DNA from: Mobula hypostoma
Taxonomy: Eukaryota
NCBI RefSeq assembly: GCF_963921235.1
Contig: NC_086108.1
Location: 59,212,001-59,276,000 of the forward strand
Reading direction: 5' to 3'
Length of the DNA stretch: 64,000 nucleotides
A model generated the notes under the pieces. That model was not told the origin of the DNA and did not search any database. It saw only the letters and a list, made by a program, of their open reading frames with translations. This document shows, piece after piece, positions 51,699-61,110 of this stretch; position 1 is the stretch's first letter; each line of letters begins with the position of its first letter. A program made the translations under genes and the position numbers.

Positions 51699-52375
51699 CA
51701 TAGAACCATAGAACCATAGAAACTACAGCACAGAAACAGGCCCTTTGGCCCTTCTTGGCTGTGCCGAACCATTTTCTGCCTAGTCCCACTGACCTGCACA
51801 CGGACCATATCCCTCCATACACCTCCCATCCATGTACCTGTCCAATTTATTCTTAAATGTTACAAAAGAACCCGCATTTACCACCTCATCTGGCAGCTCA
51901 TTCCATACTCCCACCACTCTCTGTGTGAAGAAGCCCCCCACAATGTTCCCTTTAAACTTTTCCCCCCTCACCCTTAACCCATATCCTCTGGTTTTTTTCT
52001 CCCCTTGCCTCAATGGAAAAAGCCTGCTTGCATTCACTCTATCTATACCCATCATAATCTTATATACCTCTATCAAATCTCCCCTCATTCTTCTACGCTC
52101 CAGGGAATAAAGTCCTAACCTATTCAACCTTTCTCTGTAACTGAGTTTCTCAAGTCCTGGCAACATCCTTGTAAACCTTCTCTGCACTCTTTCAACCTTA
52201 TTTATATCCTTCCTGTAATTTGGTGACCAAAACTGAACACAATACTCCAGATTCGGCCTCACCAATGCCTTATACAACCTCATCATAACATTCCAGCTCT
52301 TATAACATTCCAGCTCTTATACTCAATACTTCAATTAATAAAGGCCAATGTACCAAAAGCTCTCTTTACGACCCT
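51699..52375 (-). mobile_element. CR1 family A 3' end, near-identical to 27040-27705
   Basis: ORF 51780-52286 matches the C-terminus of 25847-27622, with a (CATAGAAC)n tail and a 17-bp internal duplication near 52285-52320. Confidence 0.95.
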
Positions 52376-53399
52376 AGTTCGCCTGATTCTCTAAGGCTAT
52401 TTCAAATAATTAATTTTTATGTGAGTTGATGAAGAAAATCACACCTTCATCTTGGTTGATGTTTATTAACTATGATTGCTAACAGTAGAAAAGGATGCAG
52501 TGTGAAAAAATTAAGATTAAAATTTTATTTCATCCTTGGCAGAAAATTATTTTATCAATGCAGTTTACGGAGTAACAAATCTACTATTTAAAAAGACAAA
52601 CAATAAAGCAGTAAATTAACAGTATATTTGCAACAAGACTCACTGAATAAAACAGAAGGCTGATTACAAATTCATACAACGATAAAAAGTGATGGGTAGA
52701 TTGTGTCAAACTGGGCAGCCTGTGATTGTAGGGTTCGCTGCCCGAATGTCAGAATCAGAAGCTGCCTGTGCCAAGTTTACCCTAGGCCAAGTGCAGAAGA
52801 CCTAGCTTTCTGATCCTCAACAAATTAGAATCCATGAGCATGGTTTGAATGGTGACTGACCCTCAGCTGGTGAAATGCATAAAGCTCTTGACACTATTGG
52901 ACAGCTGGCAAATTTGGGGGTGGTGGTTTAAAATATGTGTGATAGCAGATACATTTGGAAACTATCACTAGTAACACAAATAATTAAATATTTGAAAATA
53001 ATTTTAAAGCATGAAATAATTTAATACAACTTCTATTAAAATATATTTTAGAAATTAACACCTCCCCTCTTGCTTCCTGATCCTTGGCTTACAATTGATT
53101 TCAAAAGGATCTTAGATCCTGAGTGAAAATCTCAAAGACTCCACAATGGAATCTTGAAGAACACCAATAAAGTGATGTCCAGCTCTTGGACTCCGTGTGG
53201 AGTGTAGCTGCAGGATGAACTGACTCCCCAAGTTGGACTTCAAAGAGGTTAAGTGCGATACAGACCTCTTTGATGGCAAATTAATAGTGATAATATTTTT
53301 GAAGGGGAAGATAGATAATTTGCACAAGGAGAGGAACTTAAAAATTCATTTTAACATAACATTAACTGATGTAGCAACAGCAGTTAAGTCTAAGATCAT

Positions 53400-54310
53400 G
53401 AAAGGAATGGCAGATTTTAATGGAAGAGAATACAACCTTGTTTAATTCTTTCAACAGAGGGATCTAGGAGTCCAAGGACATGATTCCCTGAAAGGTCCCT
53501 CACAGTTAGAGAGCGAGTGGTTGATATAGAACCTGGGATGTCATGTTGCAGTTGTACAAAATGTTGGGGAGGCCACATTTGAAATATTGTGCTCATTTTT
53601 TGGTCAACTTGCTATAAAAGATGTCATTAGCTGAAAGGAGAGCGGACAAAATTTATGAGTGTGTTGCAAGAATCCAAGGTTCTAAGTTATGAAGAGAGGT
53701 TGAGCAGTTTGGGACCTTTACACTGGAGTGTAAAAGAATTATGAAGGGCAAAGGGTGAATCCAAACAGCCTTTTTCCCAGGGTTGTGGAAGCAAGAACTA
53801 GGGGGCATAAGTCTAAAGTGAGACCAGAGAGATTTAACAGGAACCAGAAAGGCAACTTTTTCATCCTGAGAGTGGTCTGGACTGAGCTGCCAGAGGAAGT
53901 GGATGAGACATGCACATACACAATACTTATTGATTATTTATTTTTATTATTTTTATTACTACTACTTTATTTTTATATTTGTATAGATTGTTGACTTTTG
54001 CACACTGGCTGAATGCTCAAGTTGGAGAGGTCTTTCATTGATTCTATTATAGGTATTATTATTCTATTATGGATTTATTGAGTATGCCAGCAAGTAAATG
54101 AATCTCAGGGTTCTATATGGTGCCATATATGTACTTTGATAATACATTTACTTCGAACTTTGATTTTAAAGTTACTTGAACAGGTACATGGAGAGAAACT
54201 ATTTGGAGGGACATTGGCCAAGTGTTGGCAATTGGGACTAGAAAGGAATCTTGGTTAACAAGGACCAGATTGGCTGAAAGGCCTGTTTATGTGCTGTATG
54301 ATTCTATCGG
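53400..54310 (+). mobile_element. Old CR1 3' end split by a Rex1 tail (~53930-54165)
   Basis: QRDLGV, RPHLKYCAHF, LFPRVVEARTRGHKSKVR..NFFILRVVWTELPEEV, with the CR1 UTR resuming at ~54170. Confidence 0.7.
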
Positions 54311-55018
54311 ATGTTTATCGGATGTGAATGTTACTGACAAAGGCAACTTTTATAGTTCATTGCTAACTACTCTGACATGGAGTGGCTTACAGATATGAGT
54401 TCAGTTGAAAGTCAACCACATTTCTGGAGTTCAGCTAAAAGCCAGTCTGCTTTTGTGTAGTGCTTTTAGTTCCTATGCCAACAATTCCTTTCCTTCCTGC
54501 TGACTTCCTTCGGCGGATTCTTTGTTGCTCCAGATTCTAGCATCTATAGACTCTGGGGTGGAAATGAATTATTGACATTTTGGGTCAAAGCACTATCTCC
54601 GGATTTTAAGTAGGCATTTTAAATAGATCTTTGATTTTTTTTTGCAGAAAATTTAAGAGAAATGTATATACTTCTTAGTTTGATTCCATTCCTTTCTCCT
54701 ATTCTTGCAGCCTGCAAGTTTACTTCCCCAAAGTGCTCATTGAACTTATTTTTAAATTGTTTCTGTCTTTGCCACTCACCTGGGCGATGAGTCCCATGTC
54801 ATTACCTCTCACATTATGTAAAAGTAAAGATACCCTTCCTCAGCTACTCTGCATTAGCTATCCTTCATGATCTCAGACCTCTCCAAGTGTCAGTTTTTTT
54901 TGTTACTGATTCTGAAACATTACCTTCCATGGTTACCAGGAATGCTCTCACCACTTCTTCAACAAGGGGCAGTGCAATTCTCTGCCACCTCTCCAGTCAC
55001 CAGGGATGACTCCAAGAT

Positions 55019-55242
55019 GAGAAACATGAGAAAGTCTGCAGATGCTGGAAATCCAAAGCAACACACACAAAATACTGAAGTAACTCAGCAGGTCAGGCAG
55101 CATCTATGGAAAAGAGTAAACATTTGACATTTCGGGCCAAGAACTTCAGTCCTGAAGAAGGTTGTTTGCCCAAAGCATCACCTATTTACTCCTTTTCATA
55201 GATGCTGCCTGATTTACTGAGTTCCTCCAGCATTTTGTGTAC
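55019..55242. mobile_element. Palindromic mini-Penelope element, older
   Basis: Inverted PLE termini around a decayed hammerhead (agtcctgaagaaggttgtttgcccaaagc). Imperfect 11-bp TSD GA(C/T)TCCAAGAT at 55008-55018 and 55243-55253. Confidence 0.75.
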
Positions 55243-55677
55243 GATTCCAAGATTTTAGGAAGCATATCCCCAATACTCTCAGCTATCTGAGACTCATGTC
55301 AAGCAGAACAAAAAAAGAATTAATTCTTTAGCCAGAAGTGACTGATTTGAGGAAGAATCCATAGATTTTATTTTCTGATTTCAAGCTTTACAAGTGCTCC
55401 TACAAAGTTTCCCTAACTTCTGCTGAATAAAACTTGTCGTTAATCCTCCACGTTATCTCAGTTTCACTTACCCCCTATGTTTTGTAGCTCCCTTCTCTGT
55501 ACCCAAAATAACAGTGCAAAAGACAAAGCTTTTTAATAGTCATACTCTTTGCAAGAACTAATTTTCAATATATGTGACATTATCAGGATAAGTGACACCA
55601 AATCTCTTTATACCATCCAGTGCTACCTTTCACGGGGTTATCTGTTGACAGCACAGACCCTTAAGGATCTACTTAAA

Positions 55678-55965
55678 GAAATCAGAATCAGAAACAGGTT
55701 TATTAGCACAGATATACAGTCGGACCATAAAATTTGTTGTTTGCAGCAACAGAGCAGTGCAAAACATAAAAATACTATGTTACAATAAGAAATTTATTTA
55801 AAAATAAATGAAATAAGTAGTGCAAAAAGAGAGCAAATCGTGAAGTAGTGTTCATGGGTTGTTTCGTTGTCTGTTCAGAAATCTGATGGTGGAGGGGAAG
55901 AAGCTGTTCCTAAAATGTTGAGTGTGTATTTTCAGGCTCCTGTACCTCCACCCTGATGGGAATAT
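55678..55965 (-). mobile_element. Rex1/Babar 3' end
   Basis: PSGWRYRSLKIHTQHFRNSFFPSTIRFLN with an (ATCAGA)n tail at 55681. Confidence 0.8.
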
Positions 55966-56477
55966 CAGAATGTCCACATCTACTGCTTGTAAAGTGATTA
56001 TTGCCTTAAATATTTGTGCATCAACATTTTCAAGGTGCAACAAGGGGACAAATATAATATCACTCTTGATTGTGTCTTTCTTATCTTTACTACTAACAGG
56101 AAATTGGCAGGGCTTTTCAAATTTCCCTGTGGAAAAAAACTAGCATAATTTGCTGTGATGTCCTGTGGTACTGATGGTTCTGGCCACAGGCACCCTTAAG
56201 TTAAGAGTGGGAAACGACCTGAGAACATAAAATAAGTACAAGTCAAGGAAACAATTTCTGCAGTAATTCCTTGCTGCCTCCTAGTCTCCTAATGAATGGC
56301 CCAGTCAGCATTGCAACTTCCTATTTCTTTTAAAATCATATTTTTCTGTTACCAAAAGTAAGAGATATAAATTTGATGCAAACAACAGGAATTCTGCAGA
56401 TGCTGGAAATTCAAGCAACACACATCAAAGTTGCTGGTGAACGCAGCGGGCCAGGCAGCATCTGTAGGAAGAGGTGC

Positions 56478-56513
56478 AGTCGACGTTTCAGGCTGAGACC
56501 CTTCGTCAGGACT
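56478..56513 (-). ncRNA. Minimal type I hammerhead ribozyme of PLE, core intact
   Basis: Minus strand AGTC-CTGACGA-AGG GTCTCAG CCT-GAAAC-GTC-GACT. Confidence 0.82.
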
Positions 56514-57615
56514 AACTGAAGGAAGAGTGAGTAAGGGATTTGAAAGTTGGAGGGGGAGGGGGAGATCCAAAATGATAGGAGAAGACAGGAGGGGGAGGGA
56601 TGGAGCCAAGAGCTGGACAGGTGATAGGCAAAAGGGATACGAGAGGATCATGGGACAGGAGGTCCGGGAAGAAAGACAAGGAGGGGGGCAGGGACCCAGA
56701 GGATGGGCAAGAGGTATATTCAGAGGGACAGAGGGAGAAAAAGGAGAGTGAGAGAAAGAATGTGTGCATAAAAATAAGTAACAGATGGGGTACGAGGGGG
56801 AGGTGGGGCATTAGCGGAAGTTAGAGAAGTCGATGTTCATGCCATCAGGTTGGAGGCTACCCAGACGGAATATAAGATGTGTTTCGAGTGTGGCTTCATC
56901 TTTACAGTAGAGGAGGCCGTGGATAAACATGTCAGAATGGGAATGGGATGTGGAATTAAAATGTGTGGCCACTGGGAGATCCTGCTTTCTCTGGCGGACA
57001 GAGCGTAGATGTTCAGCAAAACGGACTCCCAGTCTGTGTCAGGTCTCGCCAATATATAAAAGGCCACATCGGGAGCACCGGACACAGTATATCACCCCAG
57101 CCGACTCACAGGTGAAGTGTTGCCTCACCTGGAAGGATTGTTTGGGGCCCTGAATGGTGGTAAGGGAGGAAGTGTAAGGGCATGTGTAGCACTTGTTCCG
57201 CTTACATGGATAAGTGCCAGGAGGGAGATCAGTGTGGAGGGATGGGGGGGGGACGAATGGACAAGGGAGTTGCGTAGGGAGCGATCCCTGCGGAATGCGG
57301 GGGGGGGAGGGAAAGATGTGCTTAGTGGTGGGATCCCGTTGGAGGTGGCGGAAGTTACGGAGAATAATATGTTGGACCTGGAGGCTGGTGGGGTGGTAGG
57401 TGAGGACCAGGGGAACCCTATTCCTAGTGGGGTGGCGGGAGGATGGAATGAGAGCAGATGTACGTGAAATGGGGGAGATGCGTTTAAGAGCAGAGTTGAT
57501 AGTGGGGGAAGGGAAGTCCCTTTCTTTAAACAAGGAAGACATCTCCCTCATCCTAGAATGAAAAGCCTCATCCTGAGAGCAGATGCGGCGGAGACAGAGG
57601 AATTGCGAGAAGGGA

Positions 57616-59521
57616 CTGCCGACGGGACATCAACCGTCTCGACTTCACCGCACCTTGTCCCCATTCCAACCTCACTCCTTCGGAACGCTCTGCTCTCCAC
57701 TCCCTCCGCACTAATCCTAACCTTATTATTAAACCCGTCGATAAGGGGGGTGCTGTTGTAGTCTGGCGTACTGACCTCTACCTTGCCGAGGCACAGCGAC
57801 AACTCGCGGATACCTCCTCTTATTTACCCCTCGATCGTGACCCCACTAAGGAGCACCAGGCCATTGTCTCCCACACCATCACCGACTTTATCCGCTCAGG
57901 GGATCTCCCATCCACTGCTACCAACCTTATAGTTCCCACACCCCGCACTTCCCGTTTCTACCTCCTACCCAAGATCCACAAATCTGTCTGTCCTGGCCGA
58001 CCTATTGTCTCACCTTGCTCCTGCCCCACCGAACTCATTTCTGCATACCTCAACACGGTTTTATCACCCCTTGTTCAATCCCTTCCAACCTATGTTTGTG
58101 ACACTTCTCACGCTCTTAAACTTTTCGATGATTTTAAGTTCCCTGGCCCCCACCGCTTTATTTTCACCATGGGTGTCCAGTCCTTATATACTTCCATCCC
58201 CCATCAGGAAAGTCTCAAAGCTCTACGCTTCTTTTTGGATTCCAGACCTAATCAGTTCCCCTCTACCACCACTCTGCTCCGTCTAGCAGAATTAGTCCTT
58301 ATTCTTAATAATTTCTCCTTTGGCTCCTCCCACTTCCTCCAAACTAAAGGTGTAGCTATGGGCACCCGTATGGGTGCTAGCTATGCCTGCCTTTTTGTTG
58401 GGTTTGTGGAACAATCTATGTTCCGTGCCTATTCTGGTATCTGTCCCCCACTTTTCCTTCGCTACATCGACGACTGCATTGGCGCTGCTTCCTGCGCGCA
58501 TGCAGAACTCGTTGACTTTATTAACTTTGCCTCCAACTTTCACCCTGCCCTCAAGTTTACCTGGTCCATTTCCGACACCTCCCTCCCCTTTCTAGATCTT
58601 TCTGTCTCTGTCTCTGGAGACAGCTTATCCACTGATGTCTACTATAAGCCTATTGACGCTCACAGCTATCTGGACTATTCCTCTGTCTCTTGCAAAAACG
58701 CCATCCCCTTCTCGCAATTCCTCCGTCTCCGCCGCATCTGCTCTCAGGATGAGGCTTTTCATTCTAGGACGAGGGAGATGTCTTCCTTTTTTAAAGAAAG
58801 GGGCTTCCCTTCCTCCACTATCAACTCTGCTCTTAAACGCATCTCCCCCATTTCACGTACATCTGCTCTCACTCCATCCTCCCGCCGCCCCACTAGGAAT
58901 AGGGTTCCCTGGTCCTCACCTACCACCCCACCAGCCTCCGGGTCCAACATATTATTCTCCGTAACTTCCGCCACCTCCAACGGGATCCCACCACTAAGCA
59001 CATCTTTCCCTCCCCCCCTCTCTCAGCATTCCGCAGGGATCGCTCCCTACGCAACTCCCTTGTCCATTCGTCCCCCCCCATCCCTCCCCACTGATCTCCC
59101 TCCTGGCACTTATCCATGTAAGCGGAACAAGTGCTACACATGCCCTTACACTTCCTCCCTTACCACCATTCAGGGCCCCAAACAATCCTTCCAGGTGAGG
59201 CAACACTTCACCTGTGAGTCGGCTGGGGTGATATACTGCGTCCGGTGCTCCCGATGTGGCCTTTTATATATTGGCGAGACCCGACGCAGACTGGGAGACC
59301 GCTTTGCTGAACATCTACGCTCTGTCCGCCAGAGAAAGCAGGATCACCCAGTAGCCACACATTTTAATTCCACATCCCATTCCCATTCTGACATGTCTAT
59401 CCACGGCCTCCTCTACTGTAAAGATGAAGCCACACTCAGGTTGGAGGAACAACACCTTATATTCCATCTGGGTAGCCTCCAACCTGATGGCATGAACATC
59501 GACTTCTCTAACTTCCGCTAA
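57616..59521 (+). pseudogene. PLE ORF: reverse transcriptase, Cys linker and GIY-YIG endonuclease, 5'-truncated with small indels
   Basis: IIKP.DKGG, FYLLPKIHK..PGRPIVS, FTMGVQSLYTSIPH, QTKGVAMGT, FLRYIDDC, PFLDL, CKRNKCYTC, VIYCVRCSRCGLLYIGET. Confidence 0.95.
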
Positions 59522-59812
59522 GGCCCCACCTCCCCCTTGTACCCCATCTGTTACTTATTTTTATGCACACATTCTTTCTCTCACTCTCCTTTTTCTCCCT
59601 CTGTCCCTCTGAATATACCTCTTGCCCATCCTCTGGGTCCCCCCCCTTGTCTTTCTTCCCTGACCTCCTGTCCCATGATCCTCTCGTATCCTTTTTGCCT
59701 ATCACCTGTCCAGCTCTTGGCTCCATCCCTCCCCCTCCTGTCTTCTCCTATCATTTTGGATCTCCCCCTCCCCCTCCAACTTTCAAATCCCTTACTCACT
59801 CTTCCTTCAGTT

Positions 59813-59848
59813 AGTCCTGACGAAGGTTCTCGGCTTGAAACGTCGACT
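59813..59848 (+). ncRNA. Minimal type I hammerhead ribozyme of PLE, core intact, stem II weakened
   Basis: AGTC-CTGACGA-AGG TTCTCGG CTT-GAAAC-GTC-GACT. Confidence 0.78.
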
Positions 59849-60291
59849 GCACCTCTTCCTACAGATGCTGCCTGGCCTGCTGCGTTCACCAGCAACTTTG
59901 ATAAATTTGATGGATGTATTTTTTGTAAGAGTAAAAGGTGGTTAATTTAATCTTACAGTGTCCCTTGACATTGCAAGATCAAATCAATATGATCCAACAT
60001 CATAGCTTATTTATCCAGGACGGAACTGCTGTATCCTGTAGCACAGTATCCTGCATTTTCTCAGGATTTTGTCTTCACTGTTCTATCCATTTCATATGTT
60101 GATCGATCCTCGTGTGACGAAGAAATTCTTGACAATCAATCCTACCTTTCCAGTGCCTTGCTTGAACCTGCATCACTTGGTATTTGGCTTGAAATCATGC
60201 TGTGGATCATTTGTAATTATGTATCTTAGTTTTCAAATATCTGGCATCTCCAAGCCTCCCAGACGTCTACATCTGCGCCAAGTGCATCGAG

Positions 60292-61110
60292 ATGCAGCTT
60301 CTAAGGGACCGCGTTACGGAACTGGAGCTGCAGCTTGATGACCTTCATCTGGTCAGGGAGAGTGAGGAGGTGATAGAGAGGACGCCGGGGCCACGGGAGG
60401 CAGACAAGTGGGTCACGGTTAGGAGGGGGAAGGGGAAAAGTCAGGTGATGGGGAGTACCCCGGTGGCTGTGCCCCTTAACAACAGGTACTCCTGTTTGAG
60501 TACTGTTGGCAGGGCCAGCTTACCCGGGGGAAGCGACAGTGGCCGTGCCTCCGGCACAGAGTCTGGCCCTGTAGCTCAGAAGGGTAGGGCAAGGAAGAGG
60601 AGGGCAGTTGTGATAGGGGACTCGATAGTAAGGGGGTCAGATAGGCGATTTTGTGGATGCAGTCCAGAGACCCGGATGGTAGTTTGCCTCCCTGGTGCCA
60701 GGGTCAGGGATATTTCTGATCGTGTCCAAGATATCCTGAAGTGGGAGGGTGAGGAGCCAGAGGTCGTGGTACATATAGGTACCAATGACATAGGTAGGAA
60801 AAGAGATGAGGTCCTGAAAGGAGAATATAGGGAGCTAGGAAGAGAGTTGAGAAAAAGGACCGCAAAGGTAGTAATCTCGGGATTACTGCCTGTGCCAAGC
60901 AACAGTGAGAGTAGGAATGCGATGAGGTGGAGGACAAATGCGTGGCTGAGGGATTGGAGCAGGGGGCAGGGATTCAAGTTTTTGGATCATTGGGACCTCT
61001 TTTGGCGCAGGCGTGACCTGTACAAAAAGGACGGGTTACACTTGAATCCTAGGGGGACCAATATCCTGGCAGGGAGATTAGCGGGAGCTACTGAGGTGAC
61101 TTTAAACTAG
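60292..61110 (+). CDS. CR1 ORF1p (coiled coil plus SGNH esterase-like domain), N-terminally truncated
   Basis: LLRDRVTELELQLDDL, AVVIGDSIVRG, VVVHIGTNDI, YKKDGLHLN. Confidence 0.88.
   Translation: MQLLRDRVTELELQLDDLHLVRESEEVIERTPGPREADKWVTVRRGKGKSQVMGSTPVAVPLNNRYSCLSTVGRASLPGGSDSGRASGTESGPVAQKGRARKRRAVVIGDSIVRGSDRRFCGCSPETRMVVCLPGARVRDISDRVQDILKWEGEEPEVVVHIGTNDIGRKRDEVLKGEYRELGRELRKRTAKVVISGLLPVPSNSESRNAMRWRTNAWLRDWSRGQGFKFLDHWDLFWRRRDLYKKDGLHLNPRGTNILAGRLAGATEVTLN

Larger units (their letters stand above)
56379..59900. mobile_element. Penelope-like element (Neptune-type), 3.5 kb, inverted-arm structure, 12-bp TSD
   Basis: Minus arm 56379-~57615 and plus arm ~57616-59900. TSD ATAAATTTGATG at 56367-56378 and 59901-59912. 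Confidence 0.95.
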
